A DNA stretch of 64,000 bases from Camelus ferus (lineage: Eukaryota). This document shows positions 39,252 through 50,440 of this stretch, one piece after another. A program made the translations under genes and the position numbers. A model generated the notes under the pieces. That model made no database searches. It saw only the letters and a list, made by a program, of their open reading frames with translations, and was not told the origin of the DNA. The DNA lies in contig NC_045697.1 of the NCBI RefSeq assembly GCF_009834535.1, positions 40,674,001 through 40,738,000 on the forward strand. Reading direction: 5' to 3'. The first letter of the stretch is position 1. Each line of letters starts with the position of its first letter.

Positions 39252-39791
39252 TATTTTAGGCAGGGAGAAATTTTACTCTACCCTTCTGGATTCTTCTGGC
39301 TGGGTAAGAATTAAATTGGCATGAAAAAGATTAACAGAAGACAGTCAAATAAAAGTTAATAACATGTATACCAGCAAAACTGAGTAACTTGCCAAAATGG
39401 GCTGAAGCCCTCACCTTAAATACCGTCAGCTAAAGACAAAAGAGGATATGGAGGGTAGTGGTTTGAGGTTTCAAAGGGGAAAGAGGAAATTTATATGGAG
39501 ATGGGAAAGCAAATGTTTGGTAAACAAATGTTTGCTGGGCCATGCAGGGACAATGGGACACAGTGAACTCCGATCTTGAGACCCTGAGTCCACACCTAGC
39601 CTATACTCTTTGTAGATAGCTCTGGTGATAGTGCTATTCTGGGAATGGGCCCTTTATTTAAAATCTTTAGACAGCTTATTGGGAAGTAAAAACAAAGACT
39701 TCTTGAGTGTTCTGTTTCTTAAAAATAATCAACCTAAATTAATTCCCATGCCAAGGAGACATATTTTGGGGTGGTAAATTTTGCTCCCTTA
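39252..39791 (-). mobile_element. ERV1 solo LTR, MER34/MER39-like
   Basis: TSD TGTA on both sides; minus strand begins agggagcaaaatttaccaccccaaaatatgtctccttggcat. Confidence 0.7.
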
Positions 39792-40219
39792 TGTATGTAT
39801 ATATCACATTTTGTTTACCCATTGATGTACACTTGAGTGTTTCTACTTTTTGGGTATTGGAAGTCACACCACTTTTAAGTAGGAGACTTCTGGCTCCTGA
39901 TCTAATACTCTTCCCTATATTATCACAAAGAGAACTGATTGCTTTATATAACCTACAATCTCCCCCAAACTCAAGAGGTTTTCAGGGAAATGGTCATCTC
40001 ATGTAAAATGATTAGCTGTCTGAAATATGGATGCTGAGCATTTATGAATAAATGAAATCAAACTAAGCTTGGCTAGTCCATACTTAGTTTCCATAAGATA
40101 GTATCTCTACTTTCTCCTTTTCCTTCATTAAAAAAAAAAATAGTTTGCAGAGAGACACCAAGAGACCGTTAGCTGATGTACTATCTCTAGAATTATTTCT
40201 AGAGGTAAAACTTCAGGGC

Positions 40220-41522
40220 TGTGGACAAAGAATAAAATGTTGCCTGCCAATCTGTAAACAATGAATGTTGCTGGCTATCAAGACATCAGCCACTGTAGCC
40301 CCCAACCATGCACACTGAGAGGAATTCAGGATAGACAAAAACAGGATATTGGCCTAAGATACTTAAGGGGCATATCAAAGGAATAATGTCAAGGAACCCA
40401 TCTTCCCATACTTAGAAAAGCACTAAATCATTAACTTAAGATGTCTGTTTTTTTGTGATTAGCAGTAATCTTTGATATTCGACTACATGTTTTGCCATCC
40501 CCCCCTGAAAATTCCTGTGTATCTTTTTTTTAATTGAGGTATAGTCAGTTTACAATGTTGTGTCAATTTATGGTGTACAGCACAATGCTTCAGTCATAAA
40601 TGAATATACATATATCCATTTTCATATTCTTTTTCACTGTAAGCTACTACAAGATATTGAATATATTTCCCTGTGCTATACAGTATAAACTTGTTTATCT
40701 ATTTTATATATACCAGTCAGTACCTGCAAATCTCAGGCTCTCAGTTTATCCCTTCTCACCCCCATCCCCACTGGCAACCACAAGTCTGTATTCTACATCT
40801 GTGAGTCTGTTTCTGTTTTATAAATAAGTTCATTTGTCTTTTTTTTTTTTTTTTAAGATTCCCATATGAGTGATATCATATGGTATTTTTCTTTCTCTTT
40901 CTGGCTTATTTCACTTAGAATGATGATCTCCAGAGCCATCCAGGTTGCTACAAATGGCATTATTTTACCATTTTTTATGGTTGAGTAGGATTCCATTGTA
41001 TAAATATACCACAATTTCTTTATCCAGTCATCCGTTGATGGACATTTAAGTTGTTTTCATGTCTTGGCTATTGTAAATAGTGCTGCTATAAACATTGGGG
41101 TGCAGGTGTCTTTTTGAATTAAGGTTCCCTCCGGATATATGCCCAGGAGTGGGATTGCTGGATCATATGGTAAGTCTGTTTTTAGTCTTTTGAGGAATCT
41201 CCATACTGTTTTCCACAGTGGCTGCACCAAACTGCATTCCCACCAGCAGTATAGGAGGGTTCCCTTTTCTCCACAGCTTCTCCAGCATTTATCATTTGTG
41301 GACTTTTGAATGATGGCCATTCTGACTGATGTGAGGTGATACCTCATGGTAGTTTTGATTTGCATTTCTCTGATAGTTAGTGATATTGAGCCTGTGTATC
41401 TTGGCTCCTTCTTTACCTCTTTGGAGCAGTTTCTCAGAACTATCTGGGAGATGGTTCTCAGTAAAGCCACCAAATAAAACATAATTCTTAACTTTAAGTT
41501 GTGCGTTGTTTTCCAGTTGACA
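40220..41522 (+). mobile_element. ERV1-type solo LTR directly upstream of HSD17B13, split by an L1
   Basis: TGTGGAC...AATAAAAC..ccagttgaCA; LTR sequence resumes after the L1 TSD; the LTR's own TSD is not evident. Confidence 0.7.
40526..41390 (-). mobile_element. Young 5'-truncated L1 (865 bp)
   Basis: Perfect 12-bp TSD CCTGTGTATCTT (40514-40525 and 41391-41402); ORF2 C-terminus similar to the full-length copy. Confidence 0.93.
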
Positions 41523-41539
41523 TAGTGAAACATATGATA

Positions 41540-41819
41540 TAGAACTGCTTCTTAGAAAGTAAGTCCAGAGTGCACTTTCTTTTGAGTTTCCTTGTCCCTA
41601 TGTCAGGTTTTTACTTGCAACTGGCCTCATTTCAAAAGCTCAAGATGTGTCTTACTCACTAGAACACGTGTACAAAGTCTGCTGCAACTGTTTACCTCTG
41701 CTAGTCCCATCAGCACTTGGAATACAGCTCTTCTCTGGAGCTCTCTGCAGAGGGTGGCTCTTTGCTGGGACTAGACGGGGACCAGACTGAGCCAGAGGAA
41801 ACGAGTACAGAGCAGAGCC
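41540..41819 (+). promoter_or_regulatory. HSD17B13 proximal promoter / 5'UTR
   Basis: Unique sequence directly before the ATG with TTCTTAGAA (41549), CACGTG (41665), CAAAGTCT and TGTTTAC (41689). Confidence 0.6.
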
Positions 41820-42029
41820 ATGAATATTGTCTTGGATTTCCTTGTGCTTCTGATCATCATCATCTACTCCTACTTGGAATCCTTGGTGAAGGTTTTCATT
41901 CCCCGGAAGAGAAAATCTGTGGCTGGGGAGATTGTTCTCATTACAGGAGCCGGGCATGGAATAGGCAGGCACACTGCCTATGAATTTGCAAAACGGAAGA
42001 GCAGACTGGTTCTGTGGGATATTAATAAG
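41820..42029 (+). CDS. HSD17B13: HSD17B13 coding exon 1 (210 bp)
   Basis: gccATG start; [70 protein letters not shown] with hydrophobic N-terminus and TGxxxGxG Rossmann motif; AAG/GTaatg donor. Confidence 0.97.
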
Positions 42030-42337
42030 GTAATGAATTCATGTGCCCATCTTTTAAAGGTACAAGTGAGACAGGTGTTTAAATTTTCCTTTTCATTTGC
42101 TTACTTTTGTATTTTTCTGGGGCTTTACATATGCTGTGCATTAGGATGGTTTGATGAAGGGAACAAACCAAACTGAGACCTTAGCAGTGATTTTTATGCC
42201 ACAATATGCAGTTTGATAACATAGACTCAGGAGCCAGGCTACTTCCAAACTGTTTAAATTGAGAAGTCACTTATGTTTTCTGTCCCAATCTCTTCATCTC
42301 TGAAAGGAGAGTAATACCTCAGTGGATGGGCAAGAAC

Positions 42338-42566
42338 AGAGGTTAGTAAACTACAACTAATGGGCCAACCCTGGTCCCCGAGCAGCCTGTTGAGCCAGGA
42401 ATGGTTTTTTGTTGTTGCTTTGTTTGTTTGTTTTTACACTTTTAAAGTGTTTTAAATCAAAAACCAAATAAAAAAACAAAGAAGAACCATGTGACAGAGC
42501 CCTTTAGTATCTCCTCTCATGCACACAATCCTAAAATATTTACTGTCTGGCTCTTTACAGAAAAAA
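42338..42566. mobile_element. MER58-like hAT element inside a MIR
   Basis: cagaggttagtaaacta..aatggttttt..cctaaaatatttactgtctggctctttacagaaaaa; MIR pieces on both sides. Confidence 0.7.
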
Positions 42567-44482
42567 GAACTAATTGAATGAGTATTTTAAGTGCTTAGAA
42601 CAATGCCTGGCCATAGTAGACATTAATTGTGTTAAATAAAACCTCCGTGCAGAGAGTCTGGATTTTTCTTGTACTGTTATTTGTAAACACGATATTAACT
42701 ACTCAAAATAAAACTGAAGTAACTGAAATCTTTTATCATTTCCCCTAAACCTTTGAATTCTGATAAGGCCATGAAAATATACACAGATAAATGTTTATAG
42801 GATTTTAAGACTGGAAAAAAATGGTCAAGCATTTTTGAGAATCAGATTTTTTACATATCACAATGAGATTTTAATTGCCATTATATTACTACTCTATCAT
42901 GTTCTTTGCTGTCATGTGTAGTTAGCACCTATTATCTTAAGGCCTTCAAAAATGTCTCTTGAATTTAGAAAACTAGTTCTCCAGTTCTTTGTAGACATTA
43001 AAGAATGCTATTCAAGAAAAAGTTGATACATTTTTATATAACAGATATGGGCATTTATATTATGGATAAGCTGATATACATGAAAGTGTTTTGGTTTCAG
43101 TTTGGTCCTTGAAGAGATTTCAATAAGCTTTCTAGAGAAAAACAAGAATTTACAAATTAAGAAAATTGTCTGCTGTTCTTAGGCACTTATTAAAATAAGT
43201 AAATAAATAAGTACAAATTCATGAAAAAGTCTTGATGAAATCTAATCTTTGGATCTCTCCAGTTGTGTGTTTTGAGGGAGATGGCTCATATTTATTATTA
43301 TTTTAATTCCAGTGATAAGAAATAAAAATGACTTATTTAATTCTGCCTAAAGGATGAATCACCTAACCTCACAGGATCTCTTTAAGTCCTTGAGTTTTAT
43401 GATTAAACATTTAAGGTATTAAATGATACACCCTAAGGCTGCAAATGTAACTCAGATTTTACCTGTGGAAGGTGCCAACTGCCTTTTGGTTATGCTGGCT
43501 TTTGCCTTACACTACAAGTCATGTTAGCAGTTTGCTTACAGTCAATCTGAACAGTTGATTTAGCAACACTGTGATAAGTGGAGTAAACAACCACGTTGGA
43601 ATTGAAGCTAAAGTAAGTATTTTGCTTCTAGAGAAGAAGGCGAGGCATTACATTTTGCAGCGCTCTAGCTCAACATCTGACTAAGGCTCTTGTTGCTGGG
43701 TGCTCTACCGACCTAGAACCTAGAGATATGAGGGTGTAACCTTGTAGTCTAGCAGTGAGCAAGCTCCCAGCTGAAACCTAATCTGGTAAAAGATGCTCTG
43801 TCCTCCCTCCTTACTCTTCGGCAACTCCCCAAAAGGCTATGAGGGATAATGGCTCCCGTGATTGAGTGTCCTAAACTAGGAGGGTCTGTTCTTTGGGACT
43901 TCAGACTGCTGCTCCAGGGTTTAGCCTGGTGGTGAAATTCTAAGGACCTGGGGGAGACAGTGCTGGCTAAGGAAACCACTGCACACTCATTCAAGGACCG
44001 CCCCAAATAACAGCACACCACTGATATCCCAATGTGCAAAAAGGGCTCTTTGGGTGTCTTTACCTCTTCATCACAGGGAAGAGTTTACAAATTATTAGAG
44101 GAAAAAGTATAATTTTGAAAACTTTAAAATCTGCTCTATAAAAATAAAAAATTGAAAAGAATTCTAATTTTCCACAAATGCAGGTCAAGAAACATTAGGG
44201 CAGTTTTATCTTAGGAAAGAGGTCTTTAAATTTAAACTAAAAAGAAGTTACTCTGTCTCCATGTCCTGGAATTATGTGCAAAGTAGTTAATATCGATGAG
44301 AATCCATCCAATGGCCCTTGGCCATTTTCACTCCAGAACAATTGAAAAATATAATATCATGTCCCCAAGAGTAGTAACATTGTCTCCCCATGAAAAGTTT
44401 TCTCGAATAAGATCCTTCTTACTCCTTCCCTCTCCTTCCCTCCTAGAGAGTTAAATCAGAATCATCAAGAAAAGTATGATGG

Positions 44483-44718
44483 AGGGTGGAGGGTGGGAAG
44501 GGATAGACTGGGATTTCAAAATTGTAGAATAGATAAACAAGATTACACTGTATAGCACAGGGAAATATACACAAGATGTTATGATAACTCACAGAGAAAA
44601 AAATGTGAAAATGAGTGTGTATATGTCCATGAATGACTGAAAAATTGTGCTGAACACTGGAATTTGACACAACATTGTAAAATGATTATAAATCAATAAA
44701 AAATGTTAAAAAAAAAAA
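44483..44718 (+). mobile_element. Very young L1 3'UTR insertion (236 bp) in HSD17B13 intron 1
   Basis: Perfect 16-bp TSD AAGAAAAGTATGATGG (44467-44482 and 44719-44734); AATAAA plus A tail; matches the 3' end of the full-length L1. Confidence 0.93.
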
Positions 44719-45155
44719 AAGAAAAGTATGATGGGCAGAGGTATGTAGTTTAAAATTATCACTAGTTTAGAATTGCTGCTTGGTGCTTTACTGCCTATTA
44801 CATAGTTAGTGCTCAACAAGTATATGTTACATGAATTGTCAAGATTTCTTTTCTTCTCTATACTCAAATGTCTCCTTTCATGATGCCACAAAGAGCAACA
44901 TCTTTCAAGCATGTTTTTAAGTTACAAGAACAAAGCAAACAAGGTGAAAACACATGACTAATATGAGCATTCCCTGGCAGAAAAGCCAGGTATTATCTCT
45001 GGGAAGCAGGGCCTCTGATGAAATTTGCTCACAAACAAGGAGGACATTTTGGACAAGAATTTTAATCTTTAAAAAAAGTCTTCTCCAATCCTTTCTCCCT
45101 CACTTTTGTCCCCTAGCTGACCTACATCTTTTGAATTTGTTTTTTCCAACTGTAG

Positions 45156-45263
45156 CACGGTGTTGAAGAAACTGCAGCTGAATGCAGAAAATTAGGGGCC
45201 ACCACCCATGTGTTTGTGGTAGACTGCAGTAACAGAGAAGAGATTTATAACTCTGTAAACCAG
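45156..45263 (+). CDS. HSD17B13: HSD17B13 coding exon 2 (108 bp)
   Basis: tgtAG/GTgaga; HGVEETAAECRKLGATTHVFVVDCSNREEIYNSVNQ. Confidence 0.96.
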
Positions 45264-45820
45264 GTGAGACTTCAGGGTACAAATTTCTTCCCATAATTTT
45301 GTATCCACTTACATGGATATGAAAAGGTTCTTTATGACTGCCTGATTTAAATTAGATCTTCTTTCAGCCTGTGTTGAGGAAGTTGTGTGAACAAAGAAGG
45401 ACATGTACTTTTTCCTTGCGTATAATCCACTAAACTCTGCCTATTGCTATTGTTTCATATTATTAATCAATTTCATTCTAATCAGAAGTTTGAGCAGTGC
45501 TATAGAGTGACAGAGAAAAGATTTATCACCAGGGAAAAGAATCTCTTTGTAGTTTCATTTTAGTCCTATTAATTTTGCAGTAATTTAAAAAAAAATTTCC
45601 CTTTAATTGTTTCCTCTTTGGGATTTTATTTATGTTGGTGCCATTCTAATACTCTACGGAAAATGTAATATTAGTAATTATAACAACTTTTAAGAGTAAA
45701 TATGAAATACAACAAACCAAGCACTCTGATAAACAATTGCCCCCTTTAACTTAATCCCTACAATAACTCTATTAACCTCATTGGAAAGATAAGCAAATTG
45801 AGATTCAGACATTTTAAGCT

Positions 45821-45985
45821 AGACCAAGGTCAGGTAGCTAGTAAGTGGTGGAGCCAGGATTACTCAATTAGCTCTTTTAAAATATTGGGTAAGAACTGAC
45901 ATAGCAGACCAAGGTCATGTACCTAGTAGGAGGTGAAAACAGGATTACTCAATTAGCACTTTTTAAATGTTTGGTCAGAACGGAT
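45821..45985 (+). repeat. 85-bp diverged tandem duplication
   Basis: agaccaaggtca..ctagta..caggattactcaattagc..ttt..aaat.tt.ggt.agaac repeated at 45821 and 45906. Confidence 0.85.
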
Positions 45986-46263
45986 ATATCAATTTATCAA
46001 CACATATTAATTTCACTTTATTGATAAGTTAAAAAAAATCTATGATGTATTGGATACTGAAATTTAGATATTAAAAAAAAAAAGTTTATCACTGGTTTAT
46101 GGCAGTGTTTCCTTTGCAAGCACTGTTTAGGTTAAAGGTCTTTCCTGCCTGAACTCTCATCAAACAGAATAAAGAATCTAATCCTGATCCTGGAATGATA
46201 TCAACCTCAAAACTTTGAGTTTCTATAATACACCCAATGAATGTGTTCTTTCTATTTCAAAAG

Positions 46264-46395
46264 GTAAAGAAAGAAGTGGGTGATGTAACCATCGTGGTGA
46301 ATAACGCTGGGACAATATACCCAGCTGACCTTCTTAGTACAAAGGATGAAGAGATCACCAAGACTTTTGAGGTCAACATCCTAGGACATTTTTGG
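46264..46395 (+). CDS. HSD17B13: HSD17B13 coding exon 3 (132 bp)
   Basis: tcaaaAG/GTgagt; VKKEVGDVTIVVNNAGTIYPADLLSTKDEEITKTFEVNILGHFW. Confidence 0.96.
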
Positions 46396-47054
46396 GTGAG
46401 TATGAGTCAGAAACATTCCTAGTTTGTGTATATCTCCTGACACCTCTTCTTAAGGTACGTGAAGTTCATAATTGAGTTCACATCCTTCTGAATGGGAAAC
46501 TTCAAATCTTTGCCTTAAGTCAACTTTCATCAAATGTTAGTCTAGTTAGTCTGCCTTATCGGCCAGTATCTAACACAAAGCCTGGCATGTACTAGGTGCT
46601 CAAAAAATATTTGTGGAGCTTTGCTAAGGATTGTCAGTGGACATCTTCTCAGTGCTTTGGGAAAAAATGCATATCGTGTACATTCACTTGTGACCTCATG
46701 TCATGGAATTTCAGAATGGAAAGGACAACAGAACTCACTACTTGGGTGTGTATAGGGGTTGGGGACTCTTCCGGATGACATTCTGAGACAAGCTCTAGAT
46801 CCAGGCTGGAGCTTAGATATATATACAGACCTTTTATAATTAGTTGGTTTTGTGAGACTGAAGTATGCCTTTGTAGAGGGCATTTTTATGAATTAATCTC
46901 CCAGTGCCTCAATATTAGTGTAGAACTTAGGACAAATCTGGATTCTGGAAGAAAGGAGAAAAAAAGAGATCTGTTCCCCAATTTCCCCAAGCCCCTAACA
47001 CATGCTAATGAGAATTGATAATTATGCCCAACAAACTACATAGAGACCCCATGA

Positions 47055-47180
47055 ATTCATTATCTATAGCTGCATAAAAATGATATAAAAACTTAGTGGA
47101 TTAAAGCAACAATAAAAGCTCATTTTCCTCTCACAGTTTCTGTGGGTCAGGATTTTGGGGGTGTCTTGGTTTGTCAGTCC
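47055..47180 (-). mobile_element. MLT1-type LTR fragment
   Basis: aaaacttagtggattaaagcaacaa...ctcacagtttctgtgggtcagga. Confidence 0.55.
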
Positions 47181-47844
47181 TGTGTCTATAAATTTGCATA
47201 GGGTCCATAGGGTGGGTTTATAAAATTTGCATAAAATATATTGATATTTCTCACAAAACAGTAAAGCTTTTTGGAGGTAAAGACTTTTTGTTTCCTATAA
47301 CATCAACATATAATGCACAATATCACAAGTAGGGAGAAATTAAATTTAATTATGATGCATTGTGACCATGGGTCAGTACAGAACTCAGCTTTTTCTACTC
47401 AACTTGATATAGATACACAGGATTTTAAATTCTTCTCATTCAAAAGATAAAGCCCCAAACCAAAAGCAATCGCATGATACCAGATTACCACAGGGAATTT
47501 TTTCAGTTCTGAAAACTCTGGATTTTTCCCTTAATAATATTGTTTAGATGATATATCCATAAAGGAAATATTTGATTCCCTCTGAAAGGAAGCAGGGGAA
47601 ATTAAGATGAGTTCTTGGCATGTGATAGCCAACGCACAGCACTCAATGCCAGCTGAAACTAATTATTTTAATCTTTTTCATTTCTATCGTTTGTTTAGAA
47701 GTAATCATGGAATCTTGGCACATATTTCATTTCACCACAAAAGTTGTCTCAAATGACATTTTGTCTTAAAAATAAAACTACCTAATTTGGAAACCTAACA
47801 CCTGTCATTGTTTCTTTACTTTTCTTTCTGCAATGATCCTGAAG

Positions 47845-47951
47845 ATCACAAAAGCACTTCTTCCATCCATGTTGATGAGAAACTATGGCCACATTGTCAC
47901 TGTGGCTTCAATATGTGGCCATAGAGTGACTCCTTATATTATTCCATATTG
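47845..47951 (+). CDS. HSD17B13: HSD17B13 coding exon 4 (107 bp)
   Basis: cctgaAG/GTaagt; [35 protein letters not shown](C), with S172 and Y185. Confidence 0.95.
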
Positions 47952-48369
47952 GTAAGTATTACTTTCCAGCAAGTGCTATATGTTTTTATACTTTTATTAG
48001 ACCTCAGATTCCAATCCTCATAGCAGGGTAATTTGGATTTACAGAATATACATAGTAGTTTAAAATAAACTTTTAAAAATGACTTCCCCTAAAACAACAA
48101 AACTGGTTGTAATCATTTGAAATATTTTTAGATTTCTGAAAACTCCTCCATAGAGCAGTGAAAGAAAACAGTAATGCCAAGTATGTTTCCATTGTATCCT
48201 GGAATGAGTAGATGTTAATGAAAAAAATAGGGAACTCAATAGAGTAAGAAAAAACATACAGAAGTCCAAATGAACACAGATCTGTGCCATGGCCTTCACG
48301 GCCAAGATAAGCTAAACAGAGTGGCCTCTGGATTAAAACATTTTCCAGTGTGTATGTGCCATGAAAGAT

Positions 48370-48420
48370 TGTGTGTGTGTGTGTGTGTGTGAAAGAGAGA
48401 GAAAGAGAGATTGAGAGAAA
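48370..48420 (+). repeat. (TG)n(GA)n compound microsatellite
   Basis: About 11 TG units followed by an imperfect GA run. Confidence 0.85.
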
Positions 48421-49633
48421 GCCTTAAAAGTATTAAAAGATGCAGATAGCATATTCCATGCTCTACCAAGGACATCAAGAGAAGGTGGGAAGGCCCTAAG
48501 GACACACGATTTGCAAAATATCTTTTCCTTGTCAGCTCCTTCAATGGCATCTGATTTCCTTTTTCCTGCCTTATACCCACCTCATAGAGAAATTTGACTT
48601 GTTGACATTTTGGCTAGTTCTTTTTGTAACTGCCAATATGTGAGTATCAGTGGGTGGGTGTGGGGGGTGGGTAGTTAACTGGTTTATTATTTACTTACAC
48701 ATCCATGTTCAAGGTTAAATTTATTTCTGACACTGAATGTAGTCACAGATGTTAAATTTCACTGTATGTCAAGGTGCCCTTGAACATAGTTGTTTCAAGC
48801 TGCCTCTACCATCTTAAAACACAAATAAGAATTTCATAGATCAAACATTTTCTATTGTTTTAATGTTTAGAAATGTGGAAGCCCAGTTGTAATAATAGTT
48901 TTCCTTTTTTCTTTTCCTTTGAGAAAGCAGCCAGCCTTTAACTTCATTGTTCTTATTGTCATCTGGGCTAAAAATACAATTAACATTACATAGCTCCTTA
49001 TAGGTAATAAAGTTATTATGCATATGCTATTTTATTTAGTCCTCAAGACAGCCCTATATTTTATTATCAGCATTTTAACCAGAAAAATCAAAGGAAGAAA
49101 CAAAGTGATATGTTGAAGGTTGCACACACTATCATACCCACACCACCTGAAATCTTTTTACTCCAGAGTTTTACAATGAAATTAAGAAGACAAAGTGCAT
49201 CCACATTTCAAGAAAGAAACTATCAAAAAAGAGAGGAAAAATGTGTAGAGTCCCCCCAGAAGTCTGTGTTTAGTACAGATACTAGTTACGTAGTTTTCCT
49301 AACCATGTTTTTCCTAATTCATATTTTTCAAAATAAAAATAACAGTAAAAACTAATTTAAAAACAGTTTAAAGATTAAATGAAAAACCTTACCTGGAAAA
49401 GTGAGCAGTAAGCCAGTCAATAAAAGTTATGACGATTTGTTCTACTTTATTACTGTTAATAAAGAAATTTGTACATGCAGAATTCAGTGAAATCAAATAA
49501 GAAAATGTAAATGAAAATTGGTGACCAAGTCAAAGGTTTTGGGGGTTTGGCTTTTACTTGTTCCCAAACCTAATCAACACTGCCTTCTCACAGAAAGCTT
49601 TCCCTTCACTAACTGTGGGTAATTCGCTTACAG

Positions 49634-49771
49634 CTCCAGCAAATTTGCTGCTGTTGGCTTCCACAGAGCTCTGACATCAGAACTTCAAGCCTTGGGAAAA
49701 ACTGGTATCAAAACCTCTTGTCTCTGCCCAGTTTTTGTGAATACCGGGTTCACTAAAAACCCAAGCACAAG
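49634..49771 (+). CDS. HSD17B13: HSD17B13 coding exon 5 (138 bp)
   Basis: ttacAG/GTgagg; (C)SSKFAAVGFHRALTSELQALGKTGIKTSCLCPVFVNTGFTKNPST, with K189. Confidence 0.96.
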
Positions 49772-50249
49772 GTGAGGTCAAAATCAAGCTAGGGTGGAAA
49801 CATGGCATAAGAAATTGGTATGAAAATTATATGAGACATTTTTAGGTGGGTCAACCAAGAAAATAGAAAAAAAAGGAAAAATATTTTTTCTTAATGTTAT
49901 TGTACTGCCTTTACGTTTTCACTTTGAAATTAGATGAACAAAGGGGTAAGTGTATCAGGGACTAGCAGGAATGATTAGCTGCCAATGAATTAGTCATCTG
50001 GGTATCCATTTGTGTCTAGGTGAAAGTTTCAACATATACTCAAGTGCTGAGGGAGTGAGAATGGAGGTGGGCAGGATAGAGAGGAGTGTGCTTCATGGGG
50101 TGGTAAGAGTGTCCTCTCCTGGAAATGGTACCTAACACCCCCCTTCCCCATTCGTGATTCATCCTCCTTAAACAGGGTATGAAGATGTACACATATGTGT
50201 ACCTTTTCCATCTTCCACAGCACTGGTCACAAGGCTGGCATAAAGTACT

Positions 50250-50440
50250 CCAATATTTTCCAAACTTGCCTGATCCTAAGAATCATCACCTCTGCTTAAA
50301 AAAAAAAAAAAAAGTTCATAGGCTCTTCTTTAGAGATTCTGATTTCACTAGGCTGGAATGCGCTCCAAGAATGAGGTGTTTAGTTTTGCTTTGTTTACAG
50401 ACATACCAGGTAAGCCTGGAGAAAGGTTTGGAAAACATTG
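50250..50440. mobile_element. MER5B-like element
   Basis: ttttccaaacttgcctgatcctaagaatcatcacc...agagattctgatt...aggtttggaaaacattg. Confidence 0.6.

Larger units (their letters stand above)
37510..39850 (-). mobile_element. Old L1MB-type 3' end, split by a younger L1 and an LTR
   Basis: cagttcaatggcattaagtatattcat..accatcaccaccatc resumes at 38994 and again at 39796. Confidence 0.75.

Noticed and set aside
41057..41533. 158-aa ORF fusing LTR-antisense sequence to the L1 ORF2 C-terminus
   Set aside because: By-product of the L1-in-LTR junction, with no support for expression.
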